Of a stretch of DNA of 64,000 nt, positions 1 through 14,465 are shown piece after piece. A model generated the notes under the pieces. It did no database searches. It was not told the DNA's origin and saw only the letters and a list, made by a program, of their open reading frames with translations. The translations under genes were made by a program, and so were the position numbers. This DNA is from Octopus vulgaris. Its lineage: Eukaryota. Every line of letters starts with the position of its first letter. The stretch's first letter is position 1. The DNA is taken from contig OX597814.1 in the NCBI GenBank assembly GCA_951406725.2, forward strand, positions 39,680,001 through 39,744,000, written 5' to 3'.

Positions 1-122
1 GGCAATGAAATATAATTTGACAGAAATATATCATTTTTTTTCTCTCTGGCAGAAGTGATTACCATATCGCAACAAATCAAACCTAGATTCCTGTCTGCTG
101 AGGCAAGTCTACCTCTAGGAAC

Positions 123-160
<38 letters not shown>

Positions 161-659
161 TACAGACACTCATACATATACATATATATACCTACACACA
201 TATGTTTATTTATATATAATGTTTATATTGTAATGTGTGCATCACTTCTATTTATTTTGTAAGTTTAGCGGAGTCTATGTGGGAAAAGTCGAATACCATC
301 TTACTTTATAAGACGATTTAAGACGCTATCACTCGATATACTCCTTGTAACACCTCTATAGTCTGTTTTGAAAGGTCATAATCATCTGAACATCGAAATA
401 TCTGAATAAACAACCAGAACGAATGATCCATCGTACTGTAAGATCTGCAGTACGATGGATCACATATTCACTTATGTACCTAATATAGAACGACCGAAAA
501 ATACAACAATGCTCATGTGTTTTGTTTTCGGTGTTCGATTGCATCCAGATGAATGCGAGGCTGGAATCTCGGGAAATGTACGGTGAGACGTAGTACACCA
601 AAGTCTTCAAGGATGCGAACTGCATGCACCACTAGTAAGAGTTCCAAGTAGAACGTGCC

Positions 660-1544
660 AGAATGTAAAATATACTTTCTCTCCAAAATTCTTCACCGCA
701 TGTTTAGAAATGGTTAACAGTGACAATGACTGGGTCGGTGGCGTGAGCATCCATGGCGATCTGATAACACAGCTCTGATTCGCAGATAACATCGTACACC
801 TCGCCAAAACAGATCAGCTGCAGATGATGGTGACAGAGCTAGACATCCATTGATCAGCAATATGTAAGAAAAGTAATCGCACAGATCCAAAATATACCCA
901 GTCCGAAAATATACACCAAGGCCAAAAAAGGTGGAAAGCAGTGAAATCAAAGTGGGAAGCGTTGGAATCGAGGAGGTAAAGGAGTACATCGGGTGAGGGC
1001 ACACACTAAATATACACCGGAAGATGGATGCTGAAATGTTGAAAAGAATAAGGACAAGCTGGGTGTTATTTACCTTACTAAAGGATGTTATCAAAGCAAA
1101 GCTGGACAATGCCATACGTACCAGACGCTACAATAGCACCTTCCTACATTCCCTGTCATATGTGAGACGTGATCTAACACGAAGGGAGAGGAACATTGAT
1201 AGGCTACAACGCAAAGGGCCATGGGAAATTTCATGCTAGGAATATCGTTGCGGGAGCATATCTAAAATAAAATAAATGAACAACGGAGTTATGTGAATGT
1301 CATAATCACAGAATACCGAAAAAAACTGTTCTGCTGAGCCGGATATGTACCAAGGTTCATAGACAATAGATGGACACGTGCTATCGCCAACTGGTATTAA
1401 AGAAATAGCAAAATAAACAACTCGGAAGGTGACCACGACGGTGAGAAGATGATTTAGTTCAACGGTTTGGGCTAAGAGGGGGAAAAGAATAGCACAATGA
1501 CGAAAGTGTTGGAAGCACATTGTGATCAGTGATGTCTGTATTTG

Positions 1545-1545
<1 letters not shown>
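660..1545 (+). mobile_element. Decayed RTE-clade LINE fragment (RT C-terminal half to 3' end)
   Basis: Translation from about 677 reads SPKFFTACLEMV...W.GGVSIHGDLITQL*FADNIVHL, matching the RTE SPKLF..LE / LRFADDIVL motifs. It continues KRIRTSW..F..LKDVI and later RFIDNRWTRAIANWY. It has stops and frameshifts and ends at a (TA)n run. Confidence 0.8.
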
Positions 1546-1548
<3 letters not shown>

Positions 1549-1605
<57 letters not shown>

Positions 1606-1637
1606 ATGGAAAAAGAGAGAGAGAGTGAGAGAGAGAA

Positions 1638-1670
<33 letters not shown>
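1549..1670. repeat. Compound microsatellite (TA)n(TG)n(GA)n
   Basis: Directly visible. Confidence 0.95.
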
Positions 1671-2257
1671 AATAAAATGGGAGATAACGATGCATATCAG
1701 CTCGACGAGATACCTTTTATGATGGCCTGTCCTCGATAAAGATTTCAGAGTGTAAGTTAAGATCATTTGAGCACTACCAAGTGTTTTCTATATTGAGCAC
1801 GTCTGGATATCATCTACTGGTTTCCTATCTTACCCCCACCCCGCCCCCCTCTCTCTTCAAGAGATACTGCCTCTCCAAAGCTCTACGGGACATCCGACAA
1901 AATATTACAATATAACTTGTAATTGTAAATTAGAGACTCGTTAACCTGAATATATTTAGAGGGATAGGAGCCTCAGGATAGAAAACCTACCTTCGGCAGG
2001 TGTTTTAAGAGTGCGTCAAATATAATCATTCCACCACGAAGACAATGAGATGCAAGAAGAACTGTATTAAACACAAATAGGAATATGATATTCATATTTC
2101 AGTGTTTAATTATGTTCTTACTGAATCTCGAGTTTATGTGAACATTGATAGAAAGAAAATGGTCAAGGAATTAAAAATAGAAGAGGATATACATGCGAAT
2201 CAATATACATATAAGTATGGTTACTTGTAGTATGACTGTGTGGGAGAGAGGGAGTAT

Positions 2258-2336
<79 letters not shown>

Positions 2337-2369
2337 GTAGGTAGGTAGGTAGGTAGGTAGATAGATAGA
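2258..2369. repeat. (TAGA)n/(TAGG)n tetranucleotide microsatellite
   Basis: Directly visible. Similar (TCTA)n tracts lie near 5405-5520, 10595-10640 and 35010-35060. Confidence 0.95.
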
Positions 2370-5300
2370 GAAAGAGGGAGGGAGAGAGAGACAGAGACAG
2401 AATTTATATGCTTTACATCAGAAAATTGTCTCACGAGGCTAATAAATCGGCAAATAAATCGAATTAAATTTAGTCTAAGAAACCTGCTTATTGAAAGATC
2501 TTAGAGTGAACATTCAAAAACAAACTATACAACCGTATATTAGAAGCAAAGGGCCTTATACTAGAAGCTAATAATTTTGTACCCAAGTGTAATTAAATTG
2601 ACAATAACCATCATATGTGACGATAGGTAAAATTACTAAAATTTCATTAGCACCGGAGTCCTCTTGATCATCATATATCTTATGTTTACGTGGTGTTATG
2701 CCCTTTGACTAACAATACCCCATATTCAAAGCAAATGTCATTCGTCTTATAAACATAATCACCGAAGCATACACCTCATTGTAAAAACTGAATCAGCCAT
2801 CAGAGAATAACTAAATAAATTTCACAAGCGCGTGCAATGTCTTGGTGCATCACAAATTATACCATAAATTCCCTGCTTTACGCATATAGATATTATAAGT
2901 GCATTAGCGTTTACATATTAAATGTAGGAAACATAAAAAAAAAACTGACTAAAAATAATGATACAGTGAAGATGAAAACAATAGTTGTCAGTAACCAATA
3001 TTAGTTTAATTTCTTCGTCAAATATGGGAGATCATTAAAAAGTTGAGTTGATTTTATATCCTGCAGCATAATAGAAAATTATATTCTAGTGTTGATGCTA
3101 TTTTCATAAATGATTTGATCTTGTTTTTATAACCCTTTGTAGCTCGTCAGACAGTAGCAACAGAAAATAAATTGTTTAGGTCACAAACGATGTAATGTTG
3201 ATTGTTCGGTGTTGCGAATGAATCTGTCAAAATGTCAAAGACAGAATTAAAAGTAAAATAACTTGCATGAGGACGAAATACCGTTTAAGAAATCCAACTC
3301 GGTGGATATTTGACTTCTATTCTCTCTCGTTCTTCACTATTTATGAAAGATACGTGGCTATTTTTGATTAGATGCGGCAATAGAACTTCAGAGAATGAGA
3401 GATGACTAGCTTTGTTTTGCTTATTTCAATATATTTTATTATGTCTTAATACCGAACAGTACAAGTCATGGATATTTGGTATCAAAAAATTAAACTTATA
3501 CCAAAGTCTACACTATTCGACAAAGCAGTACCCTGTTTTCTCAATGCGGTTCTTTCTTCTCGTCATAGTATTATGTGCAATCAATCTTAATATGCTTCAT
3601 CTCATCAGTTTTAGATAAGCTACGAAATCTGAAGTTTTTCTCTCGTGTGGCTAATTTAGTAAAAAAAAAAATCTTGGACAGGTTTCAATCATTATTACTT
3701 CTGCCTATAATACTTTTCCAATTCTAGCTTGCTTCTTTTCTTGTTTCTACTACTCTCTCCCTACATCTCTCGATAGTCTCAATCACACACGCTTACACTA
3801 TTCCTTCATTTAAATGTCTCCCTTATTTATTCATCTACAACCAGACCAACAATAGCAAGATATCTCTCTTCGATACTTGGCATTCTTCAAAGCCAAGAAT
3901 TAAACAATATTGAGCTTTCACTCTTTAATGCAATTTAACTTATCGCAAACGCTACCGGCACAGGTGATCAACAGATTTTACCATCCTTTTTTTCGACCTC
4001 TTTCTTTGGAGAATTACCTAGGAATGTATTGTTAGGTTTCAGAACTAGGAACGTAGCAAAAGAAAATTAAAAACAATGGCGTTAGTGCTACGAGTATATC
4101 AGAAATAAAGTAAAGATACTTCAGGAAATGGACAGGAAACGTTAGAATATCTGTTAGACACAAGTTAGACTCATTCGATTTGTTTTATGTAGATTTAAAT
4201 TTATTCAAAAGAAATTAATGAAATAGCAGGTGTTTTTAAACAAGAACAAAGCTCCACTTCACGAGTTAGTTGGGTTAAAGCTATAATTACTTTTCAGACA
4301 TTATCTCTCTTTCCTCCGTAACGACTAGACCGATGTCAATGTCGTATTCTTTAACCCATAATTAGTATAAATAAATTATGAAAAGGTAAAATGTTTAGTC
4401 AGAATCCTGGTCATTCTTTGAAAACCCTTATTCATTTAAGGTTGAAGAAACTCACGCGAAGTTTTACACTGAGATTTAAGCTGGAACTTCTTTGAAAGCG
4501 AATATCAAAGTCTCACAAATAGTTAATTTGCAGCAATTAGCTTCATCTTTGTTCATTCAACCTCTCAGTAGAGATCATATAAGTAGGTCAAAGGGCGTAA
4601 CAAAGCAAACGTACGGCATGTAGGTCAGATTCCTTTTTACATGTTCGTTTCGCTATTCAATTCGGTCCATAGTATGTTATATAGCAGTCCATAGTATGTT
4701 ACATAGCAGTCACACTGTGAGAAATGAAGACTTGTTGGAAATGAAGCCTGAACCCTCAAGCAAACCGATGTATCATAACACAGAGATTAATTGCATTTCC
4801 CAATCAAGGAAATATAAGGACTTTGTGCGCATTTTAAATAATAATGTATATGCTTATTTAGCAGTGTATTTAAGTGCAGGTATGTATATGAGTATATAAT
4901 TGTGTGTATATCTGTGAGTGTGTGTGGGTGCGTGTAAATCTTTCGACATGTGCGTGTATGTGTGTAAATGTATGTTTACGCTAGTATTAAAGCGAGACAT
5001 CCTTCAGAAACAACAATATAAACAAATTACAGCTGCTTCATTCTCAGATATTAAAAGCATCGTTGTTATGTTCAACAGTTTTGTTTCAGCTACCTGAGCA
5101 ATAAATCTTCGGGATATTATTAAAACGCACATACTCGCGCGACACGGATATGATCAAAGACACGTATACAAACATGCTTACACAATTCCCACCCACTTCA
5201 TATATACATACATACACACACATATATACACGCACACATACAGACACACACACACACATATATATATATATATTATTTGAGAAATCTGTTTTTATTTAGA

Positions 5301-5413
5301 TGTATTTCGATATATTTAATGCAAGGATATACTCAGATATGGGAGTATACAGCTGAAACGAAATCATGGATACATCACTTCAAGGTTTTACATTGAACTG
5401 TCAGTCTATCTAT

Positions 5414-5453
<40 letters not shown>

Positions 5454-6149
5454 ATATATATATATTTATCTATCTATCTATCTATCTTTCTATCTATCTA
5501 TTTCTCTATCTATCTATCTATCTGTCTGTCTGTCTGCGTGTCTGCATGTTTGCCTGTTTGCCTGTCTGTCCGTCTATGTATCTACATATTTGTGTGTGGG
5601 AGTTTCTCTCTCTCTCTTTCACTCTCTGGCTCTCTCTCACTATACTTATACATGCATACATGCGCTTGCATGTATGCATGTATACGAATATGTACCCAAA
5701 TATATCGTTACTGATGTTATTAAATAATACATGCTATCCAGTTATGCAGCCTTATAGAGATATACGGGTAGCTATACCCATATTTTAAGATTAGAATGTT
5801 TTGAACAACAGTATACCTGGGCTATTGGCTTAATTATTGAGTTAATTACTATTATTTGTCTTTATGTCAACCTCGTGTCATTATCATTGTTCCAATGATT
5901 AGCATTATATTACGAAAACTTATTTCATCTGGGCGGGGAACTGACCGAAGCAACATTAAGTCGGATAGATGTCGGCGGCATATGTAGTTTTATCCCTTGA
6001 TATCAAGATTGTGCATGAATGAAACATGGTTGGAGTGTCGAAGGCTTGAATGAGTATAGGTTTCATTTCTGTATGAGTAGGATTTGCTCGATGCGGCAGC
6101 AAATAGAGGAAAATGAAACCTTGATAAACTAAAGTTGATCGAGTATGGG

Positions 6150-7195
6150 CCAGGCAGAATTTGGACTCAATAAATGTGCAAAAGTTACCTTTATCAAATG
6201 AAAATTGACAGAAACATCCAACGTTAATCTTTATTAGCGAATGTGATAAAGGAGTTAGAACCAGCGGAGAATTACAAATACCTAGAGGTATGTGAAGGTG
6301 ATGGAATCAAACATTCAGTGATGAGGGAAATGACCAGAAGAGAATGTTATCGCAGGTTAAGGGGAATACACAGGGCAGAGCTGAATACAAGAAACAGGGT
6401 TGAATCGATCAATACTTTAGCCATACAAGTCGTGACGTACAGTTTCAATATTATTAACTGGTCAATTACTGAAATATGTAATCTTGACAAAAAATGAGAA
6501 ATTAATTTACAATGCATACAATGCACCACGCTAAAGCAGATATAGAACGACTACTTGCCAAGGAAGTTGTCCGTGGGGTTTTAAAAATGGAATTATCAAT
6601 GAAGATTGCCACAATTGATCTAGACACCTACTTGAAAATCTCTGATGACTGCATGTTAAAACTTGTCTCAAATCATGAAAACAAGAACGCATCAGGCTCA
6701 GTAACAAAACAGACAAAGAAATATCTAAGTGAATTCCATATACAACAAATTCAGCATAGAAAAAGCTAAGCGTATGAAAACTCGTGCTAAATCTGCTAAC
6801 TTAGATATTCTTACTGATAAATAGCAAGAGAAAACACTGAATAGCAAATACTTAAAGAGAGATATTAAAGCCGATTTTGACAAAGCCCTTACCCATCAAT
6901 GGTTAGTGTCTTCTGGATTAAATCAGAAAAGGAAGGTTTTATCATAGCTGCCCAAGATCAATGCCTACCTACAAGGAACTACAATGCCAACATATTAAAG
7001 AAAGGCCGTAGACCAACATGTGTTTGTCAAGAACAAAACGAGACCATTGATCATCTTGTCTCCAGATGCACTCTTCTTGTACCTACAGAGTATCACAGGA
7101 GGCATGGTAGAGCAGCAAAATGCATTCAGTGAGTAATTTTAAAATCCAGGACCTGTCCCATGGTAAAAATTGGTGGGAACACAAACCACCTCTGT
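6150..7195 (+). mobile_element. Decayed R4/Dong-like non-LTR retrotransposon fragment
   Basis: Consecutive broken ORFs read YKYLEVCEGDGI, ELNTRNRVESINTLAIQVVTYSFNIINW, MHHAKADIERL, EGFIIAAQDQCLPTRNY and C..C...ETIDHLVSRC (CCHC knuckle). They are collinear with the copy at 30677-32150. Confidence 0.85.
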
Positions 7196-7253
7196 GTTAG
7201 TTCGAAAAAATGAAAATAAAATAAGAGGAAAATAATAATAACAACAATTGTTT

Positions 7254-7643
7254 GATACAATTTATAAGACATAAAATGCATCGCTACGCGCGTTTTCATA
7301 GATTACATGTCGCTTACTATTACAGACAGTACTCTTGGGATTATTACAGTGTAGTCCGCTATGTCCTTGGGCATCGTGTAAATCCTTTTCATGGATTCAT
7401 TTCTTCACCTGATATATAGTATTAATGGGTGTTTAACAGAGAGTTGGAATAAACAACCCTCTGTTAAGCATCCATTAGTATTTTATCGCCTGAAGAAATG
7501 AATCCATAAATGTGATCTATCCGATACCTACGGATATAGCAGACATCACTGCAATCATCATTGGGATACGGTGTGTAATCTTAGGAAACATTTGATGCGT
7601 GGAAACGCGCATAGCGAAGCATTACATGTTTATAAATTGTATC
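7254..7643. repeat. About 390-bp imperfect fold-back with a hammerhead-like motif in each arm
   Basis: Outer arms pair as GATACAATTTATAA / TTATAAATTGTATC. Inner arms pair as ATGGATTCATTTCTTCA / TGAAGAAATGAATCCAT. The centre is TTAACAGAGAGTTG-gaataaa-CAACCCTCTGTTAA. Confidence 0.9.
7485..7617 (+). ncRNA. Putative minimal type I hammerhead ribozyme (long stem II)
   Basis: Reads ATCGC-CTGAAGA-(about 105 nt)-GAAA-CGCGCA-TA-GCGA. The opposite-arm copy gives GAAAACGCGCGTAGCGAT, so the consensus has stem I ATCGC/GCGAT, palindromic stem III ACGCGCGT and a GUA site. Confidence 0.6.
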
Positions 7644-8692
7644 CGAAGATTATAGTTATTATTAATATATTTATCCTTCATTATATCGGTAAAGACCGAG
7701 GCAATCCTAAAAACTGATTCCCCAGTCAGTGTCATTAGACTGTGGCCAGCATACCGGAAATTGAACTTTATTTTGTATTCAAAACGTTTCCCGTAAAAAA
7801 ACGTTAATATATATATATATATATATACTCGAAGTACTGAATGCACTTAATTGTCATTTCACTCGGGATTCATATTCTTTGTAGAAAACAGCCAATTCAC
7901 TCCAATGTCACTCTCACATACATCAATGACATCATCATCTTCATCATCCTCACCAACGCAATCACTCCCCACTACCATCACAATCTTCATTTTCACTCCT
8001 CTATTGCCAAGCCGTTTTGTTGAATACTACAATCACAACTGCAACATCTTTTATACCATCACTATGACAAAAGTATCATTATTTCCCCGTCCCCTCCTCA
8101 TACCGACATCTATCATCAACAAGACCATCATCACCAGCATGAAAATCGTCACCAAATCAGCTTTGAACATCCTCCCGACTATATCCTCATTATAGTACAT
8201 TCTCATTATAAATGAACCTACTTACCCCAATGGATGTTCTTTTTCTAAAATTATCGAACATCGTATATGTTCTCACCCTGAGTATTGTTGGCACTACGCC
8301 ATAGATTGCGCTTGTACTGAGTATAATAGGCCATGAGCAAATAGAAACTGAAATTAGCATTACTATGCCCTAAATATTGTATAAGACTTCAAAGAAATGT
8401 TTTTTCTCCTTGCTGAATAATATAACACAAGTAATCGTAAACGTGTATAGATCTAAACTCCACGTCTGGGTGTGTTTGTATGTGTATGCATGTGAGTATG
8501 TGTATATACGTCTGCGTACGTTTGCGTTCATTTATGTATGTATGTGTATATGCATGTGCAAACGGCTATATTTGAACCATTGTATTTGTACCATTGCAAG
8601 ACTTTCTTCAACAGCTAAAGCAAACTAATTTCAGTAGATTTGATTTGTAAAGATATTAATACATATCCCACTTCTGACAGATATTTTTTATA

Positions 8693-8760
8693 TGGCGGTG
8701 CCCCAGCATGGCCACAGCTCGTGAGCTGAAACTAGATAAAATAAAATAAAATAAATAAAA
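8693..8760 (+). mobile_element. SINE 3' tail fragment
   Basis: GGCGGTGCCCCAGCATGGCCACAG...TGAAACTAGA plus an A-rich tail. It is the reverse complement of the tail at about 25795-25835 and 53400-53440. Confidence 0.7.
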
Positions 8761-9439
8761 AAAAAAAATCTTATATGTTTGAAATGGTGATAAAATCCCG
8801 TGAAGTACATATATTGAATAACCAGCATGAATATGAATGTATACACACGTACGTACACACAAACACTTACACGTATAATTACTGGTAAAAAGTTGCAGTG
8901 TTAATATCAAAAGGCAATCTTTATATCCAACTTAACGTGGATGTATTGTTTGTGTCGAGCACCGCATTGTGCATCCTGAGAGGACCTCTCATACAGAAGG
9001 ATGGTGTATAAAATCAAACCTACTTATGTCGCTTGAAAATGGGAACGTCTGCTACGTGATTCCAACGTGCTTCGTCTCTCCAGTGGCATACCAGTGACTA
9101 TGTGTAAATTTTAGTTACATGAGTCGTTATGAGAAATTCCCTTGGGATAAATAACGAAGTATTAGCACGCTAACAATATGTCCATTTTATGTTGTATACA
9201 CATAGGCGCACACATACATACATCCACAAACACACACATACGCAGACATACACAAATGTACATATATACAGATATATATACGTATATATGTATATATGTA
9301 TGTATAATATATATACATATATATGTATGTGTGTGTATGTGTGTATGAGTGCGTGCATTAACCATAGATATAAAAACGAAAAATGTATCATCATTCATCA
9401 CCATCAATCATCATTCTTCAGAGTCTGGTTTACTAGATT

Positions 9440-9650
9440 CTGGGGTGTATTTGTTTCCCCACTTGACGAGACGTCTTCGCGTTGGTCATTTGTGCCAGCT
9501 GAGTGGCCCAGAGAACTTGAAATAAAGTTTTCTTTTCTTTTCTTTTTTTTTTTTTGAAGAACACAACTCACTGGTCGATGCAAGGATCGACACCAAAATC
9601 TCCTATTTACGAATGCAACATCTTAATAACTAAGCCACGAACCTCCACGT
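9440..9650 (-). mobile_element. Decayed tRNA-derived SINE
   Basis: The minus strand begins GTGGAGGTTCGTGGCTTAGTTATTAAG (A-box-like) ... GGTGTCGATCC (B-box-like). It resembles the head of the copy at 24250-24564. Confidence 0.55.
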
Positions 9651-10046
9651 TCTCCAGAACCATTATACAGAAACAAAGATCATCCGCATCTCACACAAGC
9701 ATTAACACATTTACACACGTGCACACTGCGTGACAGGGCAATAAACTCTGTATAGTTTACACATGTAAGTGCGCAAACGAATGCAAACAGAACGTCCTTG
9801 TTCTACATTTAGGGCGAGCGTCCGGGTATAAAATTTGCTATAGCAATAATACTAAATAAACTGTTGTGGATGTTGTAATGAAGAGAAATACAGATTATAG
9901 AATAAAGAAAAACAATATGATATTTTATCTCGATATTTGTTTCAAGATTGCTACAAATTGCGCGATAGCCAAAATCATCAGCACTATATGCAAGATGTGA
10001 GAGTTGTTCGACCAAAAATGCCTTTGTCATTCTAATCTTGGAATAG

Positions 10047-11549
<1,503 letters not shown>

Positions 11550-12039
11550 TCCCCTTGTTAACAAACCTGAGGCTATCTGCATAAATTTGTACGCAGCATA
11601 TTGTTTTCTTTTTGTATTTTTTTACACTTTTTCTATCAAGGTACAACTCAATTGGACGTAAAGAACATCCCTTCATAATTACATTTCAGAAAGAACAACA
11701 ACAATACACACATTTACACATATTCTCACACACACATACACACACGCATAGATAGATAGATCAGTAGATAGATCGATAGATAGATATACATAGATGTATA
11801 CATGCATATGTATACATACTTACATATACATACACACTTACATGCACTCATATACTCATACATATACGTAAAAATATCCACACACATATATATATATATA
11901 ATTTCTTTCATTAACAAGCCAGGTAACAATTACCATTTATAATCACCATGTTTATTGCACGTATATTTCCCTTAACCTCCTTGCTTGTGTTGTTGCTGTT
12001 GTTATTCTACACCTTCGAATGCTCCTTCTTATACGTTAC

Positions 12040-12132
12040 TACTTCTTCTTCTTCTTCTTCTTCTTTTCCTTCTTCTTCTTCTTCTTCTTCTTGTCATCGT
12101 CGTCGGCGACATCATCATTATCATCATCATCA

Positions 12133-12215
<83 letters not shown>
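12040..12215. repeat. Compound trinucleotide microsatellite (CTT)n(CAT)n(TTA)n
   Basis: Directly visible. A similar (TTA)n(CAT)n tract lies at about 12793-12921. Confidence 0.95.
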
Positions 12216-12827
12216 TTCTGTATTATCATTTTCCGTGTTTATCATCAGTAAAATCGGTATTTTCTTATTTGTTTTCTTTCGCTTTACATCTTTGCTTTCG
12301 TGTCTCATCTACATGTATTTTTGCCTTTTGCCTGAACACAAAGCTCCTATCGAATCTGCCCAAGAATTATGCTTACATTGAACAATTACCATTTTATTTA
12401 ATGTGTTCAAAATGAAAACTTTTTCAGCACACACTTGTTTTAAATCTCTTATAGTGGAAATGGCTATTTTCTATTCACAACATCTTTGAAATTAATATTG
12501 TGTTCGGATGAAAACTTTCTGTGATATTAAATACATAACATGGTGTACAGTGACGTGTAATTCTTCAATAAGAATTTTCAAAAAATTTCGTGAAATTTCT
12601 TTTTACTTGAAATATCGGGTTTATTATTGCTGTTCTTGAGATCCTTGATCTTTTTCTTGGGATTGTTGTTGTTATTATAGTTATTGTTATTGTTGTTGTG
12701 ACTTTTGCTGTTATTGTTCTTCTTCCCTTTCTTCTTTTTCCTCCTCGTCTTTTTTCTTCGATTTTTTTTCTTTTTTGTCTTCTATTTCTGTGTATTATTA
12801 TTATTATTGTTATTATTATTATTATTA

Positions 12828-12924
<97 letters not shown>

Positions 12925-13269
12925 TATCTATCTATCTGTTCAAATCTTTACTACAGAGATACATTTTACCCGCACTTTCCATAGGTTCTGAAATCAATGA
13001 CTAGGTCCTGGTACTTTGCTATTTTCTCTATACCTCTCAGATCGACTTTCCCATCATTTGGGACTCTAAAGTAAATTATCTGATGATATCTATTCCTTTT
13101 TGTCTACTAGTACTAAATCAGGCCTTCTAGCTTCTATTATTTTGCTGGTCAGAATATTAAAGTCACACATCAACTTTTATTTCTTACTCTTATAATTTGT
13201 AATCTATGTCAGGTCACGAGAAGGAACTTAAACAGAATCATCATCATCTTCATCGACATCACCACCACG

Positions 13270-13310
<41 letters not shown>

Positions 13311-13320
13311 TATTATTATT

Positions 13321-13946
13321 ACATAGTTTGTACTTTTTGTCAAGTCACAGCAAGGAACTCAGGCAGACAGTACTTTACGCAATATGCTTGCAGTTCCAAG
13401 TAATGCAATGCACCTATATTGTAGAGTATTTCCAAAGTTTTCAGATGTTTTCTTTCAGAGTGGGTGGTATTGAACCCAATGCTCCGATGACAATAGGGAT
13501 AAAATTTATATTTGCCTCTCGTATCTGCCACATCTTAGCGATCCCAATTCTCAGATCTCTATATTTATCAATATTTTCTCTTTCTTTCTTGATATGTTGA
13601 TCTCCTGACACTGCCACGTCAATTATTACGCACTCGTCTTTGTCCCTCCTAAATGTTACTATATCGGGCCTTCGGTGCTCTGATACCGTGTCTGTCTGGA
13701 AGTCAAAGTCCCTGATTATTTTTGCCTTTCCCTTTTCGTCCATTGCATTTTCTGGTGTATGTTGGTACCAAGCACCCGTAACCTCGTGTCCATTCTTATG
13801 GCATTGTAGCCAGTGGAGGTATTGGGCTACCTTGTCATGTCTACGCTTGTACTCTTTCTGTGCAAAACTTTCACAAGCACTAACAATCTCAGTCACGCTT
13901 TCGGCTTTCTTCCCACACTTTCTGCAAAGGTTCGTTGCACTTCTGT

Positions 13947-14022
<76 letters not shown>

Positions 14023-14075
14023 CTGAGTTGGTGTTAAATACTTGATCCTGGGCACCAATGATTAGACTTTGTTTT
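13321..14075 (-). mobile_element. 5'-truncated R4/Dong-like LINE (CCHC plus RLE endonuclease end)
   Basis: Reads LIIGAQDQ, CRKCGKKAESVTEIVSACESFAQKEYKRRHDKVAQYLHW and DFDFQTD..SEHRRPDIV...IIDVAV.GD...KE.E.IDKY.DL (PD..D/E.K restriction-like nuclease). It is flanked by (TAA)-type tracts on both sides and interrupted by (TA)n at 13949-14022. Confidence 0.9.
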
Positions 14076-14081
14076 CTTCTT

Positions 14082-14224
<143 letters not shown>

Positions 14225-14259
14225 CATCATTATTATTATTATTATTATTATTGCTTCAA

Positions 14260-14465
14260 GGTGGCAAAGCCGTTAGCACGCCAAGTAAAATACTTAGTGG
14301 CATTGCATCCATCCTTGCGTTCTGAGTTCAAATTCCGCTAAGATAGTCTTAGCCTTTCATCCTTTCGTCGTCGCTGAAATAAGTACCATTTGAAGACGGG
14401 GATCGGTGTAATTGAGTATCACCATCCCCTCAAATTTCTGGTCTTGTGCCTATAGTAGAAATAAT
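14260..14465 (+). mobile_element. tRNA-derived SINE
   Basis: B-box GAGTTCAAATTCC and body GCCTTTCATCCTTTCG...AAGTACCA. It is homologous to 24759-24985 (+) and 49925-50095 (-). Confidence 0.75.

Noticed and set aside
1810-1868. Minus-strand TTGAAGA...GAAACCAGTA hammerhead-like motif (similar weak cases near 23539-23570, 24600-24656 and 35235-35260)
   Set aside because: Cores are mutated or stems are out of register, so they are too degenerate to call without a family consensus.
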